Source of the DNA: the human T2T-CHM13v2.0 reference genome, Homo sapiens
Reading direction: 5' to 3' (one strand)
Assembly (NCBI RefSeq): GCF_009914755.1
Contig: NC_060928.1
DNA length: 64,000 bases
Every line of letters begins with the position of its first letter. The first letter of the stretch is position 1. Below, in pieces: positions 1-14,171 of this stretch. The notes under the pieces are model-generated. The model was given only the letters and a program-made list of their open reading frames with translations, searched no databases and was not told the DNA's origin. A program made the translations under genes and the position numbers.

Positions 1-1239
<1,239 letters not shown>

Positions 1240-1369
1240 CTTTGTGGTTTTATCTACTTTTGGTCTTTGATGATGGTGATGTACAGATGGGTTTTTGGTG
1301 TGGATGTCCTTTCTGTTTGTTAGTTTTCCTTCTAACAGACAGGATCCTCAGCTGCAGGTCTGTTGGAGT

Positions 1370-1496
1370 TTGCTAGAGGTCCACTCCAGACCTGTTTGCC
1401 TGGGTATCAGCAGCGGTGGCTGCAGAACAGCAGATTTTCGTGAACCGCGAATGCTGCTGTCTGATTGTTCCTCTGGAAGTTTTGTCTCAGAGGAGT
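1370..1496 (-). promoter_or_regulatory. L1 5'UTR segment containing the ZNF93-binding region
   Basis: 127 bp between two GGAGT repeats. L1HS/L1PA2 read ...GGTCTGTTGGA(A/G)TACCC... without it (recalled consensus). Confidence 0.75.
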
Positions 1497-1842
1497 ACCC
1501 GGCTGTGTGAGGTGTCAGTATGCCCCTACTGGGGGCTGCCTCCCAGTTAGGCTGCTCGGGGATCAGGGGCCAGGGACCCACTTGAGGAGGCAGTCTTCCC
1601 ATTCTCAGATCTCCAGCTGCATGCTGGGAGAACCACTGCTCTCTTCAAAGCTGTCAGACAGGGACATTTAAGTCTGCAGAGGTTACTGCTGTCTTTTTGT
1701 TTGTCTGTGCCCTGCCCCCAGAGGTGGAGCCTACAGAGGCAGGCAGGCCTCCTTGAGCTGTGGTGGGCTCCTCCTTGAACTGGGTGGGCTCCACCCAGTT
1801 CGAGCTTCCCAGCTGCTTTGTTTACCTAAGCAAGCCTGGGCA

Positions 1843-2060
1843 AGGGTGGGCGGCCCTCCCCAAGCCTCGCTGCTGCCTTGCAGTTTGATCTCAGACTGCT
1901 GTGCTAGCAATCAGCGAGACTCTGTGGGTATAGGACCCTCCGAGCCATGTGCGGGATATAATCTCCTGGTGCGCCATTTTTTAAGCCTGTCGGAAAAGTG
2001 CAGTATTAGGGTGGGAGTGACCCAATTTTCCAGGTGCCGTCTGTCACCCCTTTCTTTGCC
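1843..2060 (+). pseudogene. L1 antisense ORF0 homologue with start ATG mutated to AGG
   Basis: Track ORF 1753-2313 contains PPQASLLPCSLISDCCASNQRDSVGIGPSEP...RVGVTQFSRC, matching recalled ORF0 (MAGAPPPASLPPCSLISDCCASNQRDSVGVGPSEP...). Confidence 0.85.
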
Positions 2061-2784
2061 TAGGAAAGGGAACTCCCTGACCCTTTGTGCTTCCCAAGTG
2101 AGGCAATGCCTCGCCCTGCTTCGGCTTGTGCACGGTGCACTGCACCCACTGTCCTGTGCCCACTGTCTGGCACTCCCTAGTGAGATGAACCCGGACCTTA
2201 AGTGGAAATGCAGAAATCACCCGTCTTCTGCGTCGCTCACGCTGGGAGCTGTAGACCGGAGCTGTTCCTATTCAGCCATCTTGGCTGCCAGCTCTATTTT
2301 CTTTTTCAAGTGACATTTAATTACTCAGTTCACACCTCCTCAACAACACATACTAAATCATCAGAAGTTCACAACTGTCCTTTCTCAAGTAAATCACAAA
2401 GATTAAAATAATGGGGTTAAAAATCTTACAAGTGCATGTTAATATTCTTGCAAATATTGAAAATATGGGAAATTTAAAAATAAAGTTATATAATCGATTT
2501 TTAAACTTTATAGTAGTTAATACAGATTTCTTGTTTACAAATTTTAAGTTGGTGGATCATCTATTAGTTCTACAATAAAAAAAGTCTGCAGTACATTTTA
2601 CAAACCTATTATTTTAGTCTTTTATTTAATTGAGAAATTCTGTCAACACTATACATGTAGTCCATCCTTACTTCATCACAATCTAACAATTTACACATGA
2701 CCTACAGTTCAGATATTTTGAGTTTTCATCCTACTAGATCTTTTCTAAAACAATTGTTTAAGCCAAAGAAATAATAAGTGTACA

Positions 2785-2999
2785 ACTGTGTACAATGTGT
2801 GCTATAAACATTTTCATAACAGAAATGTTCCTCTTCAGTTTATCAATAATAAATTATTGATCAATAATTATCAAGGATTATCCATAATATATTATTAATA
2901 AACTGAATAATTATCAATAATTATCCATAATATATTATTGATAAACTGAAGAGGAACATTTTTGTTATGAAAATGTTTATAGCACATATTGTACATAGT
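2785..2999. repeat. Inverted repeat, 66-bp arms with 83-bp spacer
   Basis: 2785-2850 is the reverse complement of 2934-2999 with 3 mismatches. Confidence 0.95.
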
Positions 3000-3504
3000 A
3001 TAAGTATACATTATACACATTGTACACAGTATAAGTATATATATCTCATATATAATGAGAAAGACAAAATACATATAAATGTATAAAGATGAAAAACATA
3101 TGTATATGTATGTATGTTTTTCGTCTTTCTCATCCTGAGAGCTGAGAGTGAATTTCCTCTATGTTATGTGCAAGCTTTGTCTATTTCTTTGACAAATGGA
3201 ATATGGACAGATATTTTTGGTCCTTGTTCAACTAGGTGTCTTGAAACCAAGGGTATAAATACGTGCTGGAGAAAGCATAGCCTAATATTTTGAAATCTCT
3301 CTTTAAATACATACTTTGCTTTGAAGTTAATGTGATATATTTTTGTTTCTCTTTGTACAACTACTTAAAATTACCTCTATTGTCTACTTACATATTTATT
3401 TCAAGCTAAGTCATCTTTATTGAGATATATATATATGCTGCTTTTCCCTATGTGGTGAGAATTCTACACATAATAATAGTTATAATCCTAACATAAAGAA
3501 CTTT

Positions 3505-3755
3505 GATGATAATAACAATGGTGATGATATATCTCCTGTATGATAGAAAGTGTGCTAAGCTCTTTAAATGTATTATATTATTTAATTTCTTTCATGCCTA
3601 TAAAACAGTGACTGTAATATCTCCATTTTATAGGCTAGGAAACTAAAGTTTAGAAAAGTTTAGTGGATTTTCCAAGTTGACACATATGTAAAGTACAAAT
3701 TTTAATTTGAACTTGTATCTGTGTAATAATAAAAGGAACATACTTAACCACTCCG
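3505..3755 (-). mobile_element. MIR SINE
   Basis: CTCCATTTTATAGGCTAGGAAACTAAAG...TCCAAGTTGACACA...TTAACCACT resembles the antisense MIR core. Confidence 0.7.
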
Positions 3756-3902
3756 AGAACAGGACATAAAAGCATTTTAAAGTTGAATTCATTCTATAGC
3801 TAATAACTTTTAGCCCAGGAAAAGCCAGTAACCCCAGAAGAAATGTAAACTGTCAAAGACAACTTCCCTTTTGCATTAGAATACATAATGATGAGGTCAT
3901 TG

Positions 3903-3944
3903 GTGTGAGTAGGGTGTCTGTGTGTGTGTGGTGTGTGTGTGTGT
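3903..3944. repeat. Imperfect (TG)n microsatellite
   Basis: Seen directly. Confidence 0.85.
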
Positions 3945-4639
3945 TTATAGCATTCTTGACTGATGTGTTGGTAGCTTTGCTGAGCTTTGTTCACACAGTT
4001 TTGCTTAAGTGATTGAACATTTGCCATTCTACAAATTAATTAACCATCAAACATCAATTCATTTGTCAAGGCACAAATAGAAGCCAAAAACTTCTGTATT
4101 ATTAAATGAATATAAAACGCATCCACATATTTTTGGGATAAGCTTATAAGAGCTGAGTGATAAGAAATCTAAATACTTGAAAATTGTGCTCCCCTTCCAC
4201 CTGAAGAGCACTTCCAAATTCTTCTGTATTTGCAAGACAAGGGGCCAACCTAAACTTATAAGAAACTGCCATAACTTTTGGTAAGGGAAAATGAAGGCCT
4301 TCACCATCTTTGAATATGAAAAACTGGTAACTTCACCATACATCAAAGGAAATCTGTCTCCCCCAGGACACTGAAAGTGATATCAAAAGTAGAGAAAAAA
4401 AAATGATACAGTGGTTGGTCCCTTCATCTAACCTATGTCAAGTGACAAATCCTAATCATTTGAAAGATAGTTAATATATAAATCAGTTCTGAGGCCTTCT
4501 ATAGAACAAACAATTGGAAAGTGATCTAAACTGGTTGCGTTATAAACCAGAGAAGCAAACACAATTTAACAATCTCAATGCCATTGTATAAGAAGAAAGG
4601 TAAGTCCATTGTGAATTATTGTAATAGGCTCCTAACATA

Positions 4640-5240
4640 GCCTTGTACCTACTCTGAACTCCTGCATGGTCCATTCTTAATCAAGCAGTTATAGTGGTCC
4701 TTTTTCAAAATGCAACTTAAACAACATCTTTCTGTTCAAACCCACCAATGGCTGACCACTTTTGTCAGAGTAAAAGCCAAACACTTTATAATGTCTAACA
4801 GGAACTTAATTAGTTGTACCCCTTCCTGACTTCCTCTCCTAATCTTCCCCTGTACACCTCAGGGTCTCACACTGGCTCTTTCTCTACAAATAATATTTTT
4901 CCTTTCATATGCTCATATCTTCCCCCTTTTTGCATCCTCTTCTTCAAGTCTTTACTCAAGTAATATCTCCTCAATGAAGTCTTCCTTTGACTAATCTATT
5001 GAAAATGTTAATGCCCAACACTCCCAATCTTTCTTATTTGTTTGATTTTTTTCTAAAGCACTAATTATTGTTTTATGTAACTTACTTCTTTTTTTCTATT
5101 AACTACCATCACAATGAAAATTCCACATAGGAGGATTTTATACACTGATATTAATACAAATAAAAAAATCAGTGCTAGCACATAGTGGAACTTAGTAACA
5201 TCTGTGTAATAAACAAAGGAATAGTCGATTGATTGAATAA
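4640..5240 (+). mobile_element. L2 3' end
   Basis: CAGAGTAAAAGCCAAACACTTTATAATG...AGTGCTAGCACATAGTGGAACTTAGTAACATCTG, typical of the L2 3' region. Confidence 0.7.
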
Positions 5241-5989
5241 ATTAGTAGCTTTTAGAACATTCAAAATGCTAAAGCTGGTCAGTAGCGGTCAATTAGGCAG
5301 ACCATGCCAATCAAGGAGCTACAAATGATTTAAAGAAAAGCCAAGATACCCATTTTCTCAGTCCAAATCTGAGAGATGTGAGGGACCAGCTCAGTCCAGA
5401 CACCTCTAGCCACAAAGAAGGCTCTTCATTTCCCCTGGTGTTCTGTAATAACAGTATCATTTTATTTGGGTTTCTTAATGCATGAAAGTTTGTGAAGCAA
5501 ATAGTCATAGAAAGTGAAGTGTGTCCCAGAGTTTGAAATTTTTTAGGGGTGCACACACTTTCTGCATTGGATTTCCATTTTAATATTATAGAGAAGCCAG
5601 ACTGTGTGATTTCCTAGACCAACAAAAGTGGGTAGCCCCAGAAAAACTCTAGGTTGTCAAAGTTAACATCACTTATGTAGTATAGACATAAAAATAATAA
5701 AAAATAAACCATGTTTTTATGTGAGATAATTATAGATATCTTTAAAATTTAAAAGCAAAACAAATAGGAAATGAAATGATGTAAAGTATAGATAGGCATA
5801 AGCTGTTGTCATAAAATTATATCACACGTTAGTTTGCCTAACACTATTCTGCTAGTCATTCAAGTTTTTTAGTTGATTTTTAAAAATTCCTTCTCTCTCT
5901 TTTCTTCATATTGGATAAATCCTATTGCTCTGTCCTTAAATGCATTGATACTGTCCCAGCTTTATTAGGACAGTTTTATTCTGCCATTA

Positions 5990-6545
5990 CCAATATACTG
6001 CTCAACCCATCCAATAGTTTTTATTTTTCATTCCTAAAATTTCAATTTTACATTTTCTGGTAGTTTCATTTCATAGTGAGACATCAATTTAGCCATTATG
6101 ACTGTCTTTTCTTTTAAGTCACTGAGTGTATTTATGATAGCTGCTTTAAATTATTTGTCTACTAATTCTAACACTTGAGTCATATTTGGATCTGTTCCTA
6201 TTGATTGCTTTTTCTCTTAACTACACACCACATTTTCTTGTTCTGAACATGCCTGGTGACTTTTTATTTACCGTGGACATTATGGATAAACCATTCTAGA
6301 GCCCTTGGTTCTGTTATATTTTCAAAGGAAGCTTGATTATTGTCCTGGCAAGCAAGTAAATTACTAAATGACCACCAGGAATGTGTAGAGGTTTGATTTT
6401 AACATTGGGTAATGCAGATCTGTGGTTCCTGAGGTATTTATCAAGTCCATTTAACTTGACAGAAGTCAAACAGCAAAATTTGTTTCTACTGCAATAAGCA
6501 TAGGTGATACATTTATCTAGTACTCTTGCCTTTCCAGCTATCACT
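5990..6545 (-). mobile_element. Ancient L1M/L1ME fragment
   Basis: ATAGCTGCTTTAAA...TCTACTAATTCTAACACTTGAGTCAT...CTATTGATTGCTTTTTCTCT resembles old L1 antisense sequence. Confidence 0.5.
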
Positions 6546-6552
6546 TAGAAGG

Positions 6553-6756
6553 ACTATGAACTGAATGTTGCTGTCCTCCAAAAATTCATATGATGACAAT
6601 AAGAAACTGCCCATTTGCAAGCCAGAAAGAGGGCCCTCACCAGTTCCAATCATGCTGGCACCCTAAGCTCTGACTTTGCCACCATCAAAACTAGGAGAAA
6701 TGAATTTCTGTTAAGTCACCCAGTCTATGGTGTTGTCATAGTGCCTAGACTGACAG
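6553..6756 (+). mobile_element. MLT1A-type MaLR LTR, internally deleted
   Basis: 5' ACTGAATGTT..GTCCTCCAAAAATTCATATG joined to GCAAGCCAGAAAGAGGGCCCTCACCAG...CATGCTGGCACCCT...CACCCAGTCTATGGT. Confidence 0.8.
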
Positions 6757-7384
6757 TAAAAGGCAGGAATTCCAAACACATAAATTTCAGGGTCAAGGAT
6801 AATTTGAAGAAAGTTGCTACACACACATTTTAGGACTCCCTTCTTTCCTGAATTCTCCCTTCAATAGTCAGACACTCCAACATCCCTAAACTCTCTCTTC
6901 TGACATCTCAAGTCAATAAAGCTGGGACATTCTACCTCTTAGATTAAGCTGCCAAATGTCACACCAACTGAGGAGTGACTTTGAGGAAATATAGTAATTT
7001 TGTGTCTATGGTTTTCTTCTTTCGAAACTTGATTCTCTTTTATATTTGCTTGCTTTGGTCATCTCTCAATACCTTTGAAGAGTCATTTATATTTTGTACA
7101 GTGATTGCAATTGCTTTCTGCAGCAGTATTCATCCAATACCAACTACTTTGTTATTTCTAGAATGTCTTTGCTTATATTTTTAAATAAATTACCACCCCC
7201 AGTTCATTTACCAGAAAATTAGGTTAACTCTTTTAAGGGACTTAGCAGAAATATAGAATTGTGAAGCTAGATATTTGTTTAATAGTATCTTTAGAGGTAG
7301 CTATTTACCTATAGAGTAACCAATTCCTATATTAAGGAGTAGACCTGAAATGAATCAGAAATGATTTTACTTGCTTATCAATTG

Positions 7385-7465
7385 CCTTATTAATTACTGA
7401 GCATTCACTCTATGTCAGAAGCTGTGACTTGCTAGGTATATACTGGTATTCAAAACAGTCATGGG
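7385..7465 (-). mobile_element. L2 3'-terminal fragment
   Basis: TTACTGAGCATTCACTCTATGTCAGAAGCTGTG..CTAGG. Confidence 0.45.
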
Positions 7466-7608
7466 GAGAAACATATGTCATCATCTTTTTTCTCTGCATT
7501 TATCATGAGTCATTTATCTAACCGCTAATTAAATTATAACTTTTATTTTGAAACTAAATGAGTTAATAAGCTACACGCACACTATGTTACACTATTAATA
7601 TTAACTCA

Positions 7609-7920
<312 letters not shown>

Positions 7921-8766
7921 TATTAGCCTTTTGTTGTATATTTCTTATCACAGTATTCAGACACGATCTGTTATTTGAGAAATACAATGGTACCAGACAT
8001 GCCAAAAATATATAAATGATATTAGAGTCAACTGAAGATTTTAATATAGGTAAGATATTTGTATACAGATGTATTACAATGCAGTAATTTTCCAGAAAGA
8101 ATAATAAATATGCTAGAAAGTTATTTTTCTGGTCATTATGACAATAATTTTGCATGTGGTTTTTATTCACTGGAGGTGAGTCATGAAATTCAGAATTGGA
8201 TTGGAAAATATCTATAATCTAAAACTCAGAGGAGCAGATGGATTTTCACCTTAATAACATGCAGCTATATGTAGCATCTGGACATTATTATTGAAAAAAT
8301 ATACCTATATACAAATATACACGCATAAAATATACATTACTTGTAATGATTTAAAATGTTTAAAAGACTAACATACACAATTCCAAAGCCATTCTACTGT
8401 ACTATGAGTATAGAACATTCTTGTAGTAAGAACTATTTTTCTCTAAGACATGCTTCAGCAAAACAATTTCCTTTCAGTGTTTTACAAATACCAATTTCTT
8501 CCTACACACAAACAAAGACAGGACTCACCACTGTAATGACCAAATGTCCCATTGAAAAAAAAAAAAGTAGAACATTGAAGTCTTTATTCATTCCCTGATT
8601 AAATTATTGAACTCTGTACCACTCTTTTCAATGCATTCTAAGACAGAAGTCTTACAATGGGGTTTCCTGAATGGCCTATTTTACTAGCCAAAAGAAGTAA
8701 AAATGGGAGGTATATTTGTCTCCTTGAAAAGGTTATAAAACTATTTTGTAAAAAGTTTCCCTTGGG

Positions 8767-8958
8767 GGCTTTCCGAAAACAACTGGGTCAATTCCACTTC
8801 AAAACACAATGAACAAAACATATAGAAGACTAGACTTTTTGAACCAGCAGCTGGACTACCTGCGGCTTTCCTTAACAAGTGGGCCAATTCCACCTGGAAA
8901 CAGAATGAACACAAGATATAAAAAGATCAAAATTGTTTGAACCAGCAGCTGTTCTACC
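8767..8958. repeat. Diverged tandem duplication, 2 x ~97 bp
   Basis: GGCTTTCC..AACAA.TGGG.CAATTCCAC...AATGAACA...TTTGAACCAGCAGCTG..CTACC at 8767-8860 and 8864-8958. Confidence 0.9.
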
Positions 8959-9364
8959 CTCAGCAGTTAATCTTTCCTGGCAATCTGTTAGAGACATACA
9001 TTCCTCAGGCTAACAGGACTAAGAACCTTTTTGCTGACTGCTGTGCCTCTGGGACATGCTTAGTAACAGTTCCTTCCCCAAGTGTGTGGAATGTGTCAGC
9101 TATACACTTAACAGGGAGAAATAGCAACTTCTGTTTCAATTTGCATGTAAGAAAGTGAATATTGATGGTCAGCCTTACTAAAGAAATACAAACCCATTTA
9201 TTACTTAAGTTCTAATTTCACCAACAATATACTGGAGATATTTCAAAGTATGCTAACAATAATACTAATATAAAGCCTGTATTTAGAATAGTACAATGTC
9301 ATGGTATAATCTGTCAGTTCATTTAAAAATCAAACACTATATATCAAATGACATGTAAGTAACC

Positions 9365-9560
9365 TCATTATGTGAGCCACAGATCTAAGTGACTTGCAGA
9401 TATTAACTCACTTAATCAACCTCTTGAAGGAGTAGGAACAATAGAACAAGCAATCCAAGACACCGAGAAGTTAAGAAACTTATCCATGGCTACATATTTC
9501 ACAAGTGGCCAAACTGGGATTCCAACACATGCTGTCTGGGCATAGAGGCTATGTTCCTGA
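9365..9560 (-). mobile_element. MIR SINE
   Basis: GAGAAGTTAAGAAACTTATCCATGGCTACA...AAGTGGC..AACTGGGATTCCAACAC..GCTGTCTG. Confidence 0.75.
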
Positions 9561-10702
9561 TTTTAAAATAATAATTATATATATATATATATATATACAC
9601 ATACACACACATATTAGACAGATGTATAAACATTGGAAATATTTTCTTCAAAGAAATATAAACAAATATGCATGAATGCTTTGAATTTTAAGTTGTTTAA
9701 AAACTATAATTCAAATATTTACATATTGTCTATGGTTATTGAATTCATTGTGTGTTATTTTGTGCCAAATACAAAATATATTTATAGTATATTTAAAATA
9801 TTAATGATATGCAATATTTCTCTAAATTACTAACCACTTAAGAAATTTTCTTATAATTAAGGTGTAATATGAAATGTAACAATTTTATTATTATTGCATT
9901 CTACTTTTCAGTTTCAAGCTGTTATGTGTACATAATATGTACAGCTAATTTAGTGATAGTCTAAATTGTTCAATTTGTGACATATAATTTTTAATCAACT
10001 CATTTTATTGCAGCCTGGTTCTAAATAGTATTTTGGATAGAAATATATGAGAATATATATTTTTTAACCTTAAGAGACCAAGTAACTTTCAAGATGAAAT
10101 CCAGATATTAATTTCTTGTTCAATTATACTTAAGCTTTTTAATGGAATATTAACATGATTGCAGGAGTTTAAGAAGATCTATACTGGTTTCAGAGAAAGA
10201 TAGACCCATTCTGACAAACGTACTTTAATTTTGAACAGACTTCATAAAATTTTATATTTTATATTTCTCATTTTTGTATAAATGAGACAATTATAAATAA
10301 ATAATTGGTAATATCTGCACAAATCATAAGAATACTCAAACCACAGGAAAATCTGTTTTCTGCTGGGCAATTTTTCTTTAGGTTTCTTTTAATGAGTGAT
10401 CATTTTATCTAGTTGGAGTTTGTCTATTTCTGTACAATTTAGAGATCTCAGCCTCTAAAAGTAGATAAAGCTAGGCTCAAATTCAAGCATTAGCAGAGAT
10501 TAATTGTATAGAGTAGGACATGTAGCAAATGCTCTTTCTTATTTAGATTATGAAGATAATAATAAAATTCATCTCATATAATTACTATGAGTGCATTTTA
10601 AAAGTGATAATACGTAATATATATTTATATCAGAGACAAATACAGTATAATCACCCCAAATACAATATACTTATCCCACTGAATAAAATATACTCAGTCC
10701 GC

Positions 10703-10797
10703 TGGGATGACCAGTCATCTTACTTTTCCCAAGGCTATCTTTGTTTTACTAGTAAAATTCCTGAGTACCAGATAACCAAGACAGCTGGCCATCTTAC
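10703..10797. mobile_element. MER94-like DNA transposon relic
   Basis: Imperfect terminal inverted ends GGATGACCAGTC...GACAGCTGGCCATCTTA resemble recalled MER94. Confidence 0.5.
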
Positions 10798-11282
10798 ATC
10801 ACTCACACAGTATGTATATACATACGTATTTCTTCATATGTTTGGGAATATGATTCAAATGTAAAAAACAAAAAAAATGAAGAGAAAAACTTTGGATAAA
10901 TGAATACATAAAAAGATAGACCAATTACAATATCGAATGGCTTACTTACCAAAATGTTACTTTCTGGTAATTTCAACAGACAATTAATATTAAGAGCCAG
11001 GGAGATTTAATGTTTCTTAAACAGAACAGATGCTTCAAATTCTATGTGTGCATAATATGGGATAAATTTAATAAGTATTAAATAAATTTAATAGATGTTG
11101 AATTATTAAATTTATGTTAATTTTATTTTAACATTAATGTTTAATATTTATAGTTTATCATTACATTTTAAAATGTAAGAAAATAGTTTAATTCACTCAT
11201 CTATCATGTCCTTAGAATGGGAATTTTTAGAGTGGAAAAATACATAGAGGTTTAATACAAAAGGTTAAATTTAAAAACCTAG

Positions 11283-11593
<311 letters not shown>

Positions 11594-11709
11594 TCAATAT
11601 ACATTGGAGGTTATTTGTATAAATTATTGAGGAGTCCTGGCAACAATGACTGACTTGGACGCCATGGGAATTTCTAGTGCTTGATTGTAGCTTGAGGTAC
11701 CATTATGTG

Positions 11710-11872
11710 GGACAAATGAGGAACTTCTGGGGTGGGTAGCAAAGTCGTATTTCTTTATCTAGATAAAAATAAATTATAAGGGGGTTCGCCTTATAATAAC
11801 TCATTAAGCTAAACATTTGTTTATTATGGCTTGCCCGTATAAGTGCTTTATTTTACAACAAAAAGTATTAAA
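11710..11872 (+). mobile_element. L1ME-type 3' end
   Basis: GAGGAACTTCTGGGGTG...TATTTCTTTATCT...GGTTCGCCTTATAATAACTCATTAAGCT...TATTTTACAACAAAAAG. Confidence 0.6.
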
Positions 11873-12660
11873 AAGATAATATTGGGCTACATAAATTTGA
11901 TGGTCAACCTCTGTAACTATTTTTTACTTAATTTTATTGGACAGGTTATCTCCATTATTGCCACAACGCTGTTTAGATCTCCGTTTAGTTAGAAATAACA
12001 AACTGAAGAGGTAATTATGGATAAAGTAGAAAGTAGCGAGGTTAAGAAACAGAACAGCAGGTAGAATATACCATGGCTGAGTGCATTCACATTAGGGAGT
12101 AGAAGCCCACTATATGAGCCAGCAAGCTGACCAACCTAGGTAATATTCTCTGACAACTTATTTGGGACAGGGATAATGAAGAAACATTCTATTTTCTTAG
12201 CTATTTAAAGCTATTAGAAGCTATCAAAAATGTTCTATCTAAATCTACTAAGACACTAATATATCTCTAGCACCACAACTAGTTTGAGAGATGGGAGTAG
12301 ACACATGGAGCTTCTAGAGAGCAATTTAATTAAACATATACTGAACACTATGCCATCTTGTACTGTGAGTAACTCTCACTAACACATCTTAATAAGTTTC
12401 CCAAATAGGCAGGCATCTGTTCATCTTCTCTTTTACTTAGTAAGGTAACTAATGAGTCTAACTCTCTTTAGGATCCCAGAAAGTTTCTGTCTTCTCCACA
12501 TCCAGATTTCTTGAGGCATATAGCTCACCCATTTTTTTCCCCCACTTAGTGGTACCAGAGAAAACTTGCTCTAACCCTTTCTTTTTCTTCAGGATAAAAG
12601 ACAAAAGGGAGGAGGACAAGTGAGTAATCACATATAGCCACAGCAAAATTGAATGAATTT

Positions 12661-12978
<318 letters not shown>

Positions 12979-14063
12979 CAAGCTCAAATGAATGAATGAC
13001 TGAATATGTGGCTGAATAAAAGTACTTGGCAAAATGTGTTATTTATGAGAGTTTAATTATAAAATGGGTGCTGAAGCACTAGAAACTGGTCTAAATATTT
13101 TACTCTTATTATTTCATTTAATATACATGACTATGTTTCTGTTTCTTTGAATATAAAAAAATGTGGCACAGAGATATTATGTAGCTTTCACAAGATCACC
13201 TAGTTTATGAAGAAAATCCTGGATTGAAAGTTAGGTTGCCTGGCTTAACATTCTCCCCATACCATACACTGGCTGCTGAGTCAGGTATTCTCTCTGTAAC
13301 TTTGCTCTTTCCACTACCCCCCAAAATATGCACCCTCTGTATTGTTTATTATGTTGTTGTTGTTGTTACTGTGTTTCTTCAACTTTTACTCCTTGATAAT
13401 AATTAAGTAGCAATGCTTCTTTTTCAGTGTATAGAGACTTCAATGGAGTTAGTTCCTTTTATCTTTCTGGCTTTTTTATCACTTCTTTGATAGGTCAATT
13501 TGGGGAGAATGAACAGGGGTATACTAAGCTCTGACGTGCTTCCCTACAGAAAGCATGTGCTCCCCATGACAAGCCTCTGTCTGATAAATTATACAGTGGC
13601 AGGTGGCTTCCTCCATGGGCACTGGGTGAGCTGCAATTTTGTGCAAAAAAAAAAAAAATGCCCTTAACACACTAAAGTCTAGTTCAAAGGCAAAAACTTT
13701 TGGGGGACATAGCTGACATTTTATGGAGCAAATTCTTTAAAAGTGGTGGGTAGAATTTTGTATTCAATCGTCTAACTGCTATAACCAAGGCAAAAAAAAG
13801 AATCCTGGGGCCTCAGGGCACTTGGTACTTTAACATTAGCAGGTCATGTCAGTTTCTGGGAATTTTGTCCAAGGTGACTTTTTTTTTTTTTTTTTAAAGA
13901 GAATGGATTGCAGGTGTAGCTGTAAACAGCATCAGGCAAATGATGTTTGAGCTGCCCCAGGATTAAATAAAAACTGAGATTGAAACCAAAGGTAGGGACT
14001 TCTTTGGTCTCAACAGACATGGAAAAGACATGGATATGCAAACATAAGCAAACAAGTGTTGTA

Positions 14064-14171
14064 GGCTTGCTGGAGTGAGCAATAAAAATACAAGATGTTC
14101 ACTTAAATTTGAATTTTAAATACGCAATGAATAATTTTTAAGGATATGTAAGTCCATAATACGGGCAACCT
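14064..14171. mobile_element. MER53 DNA transposon, internally deleted
   Basis: GCAATAAAAATACAAGATGTTCACTTAAATTTGAATTT...GAATAATTTTTA...GGCAACCT. Confidence 0.7.

Noticed and set aside
8767-8958. CRISPR-like or coding tandem repeat
   Set aside because: Only two diverged units, no repeat-spacer structure, period varies 96-98 bp, and the DNA is eukaryotic.
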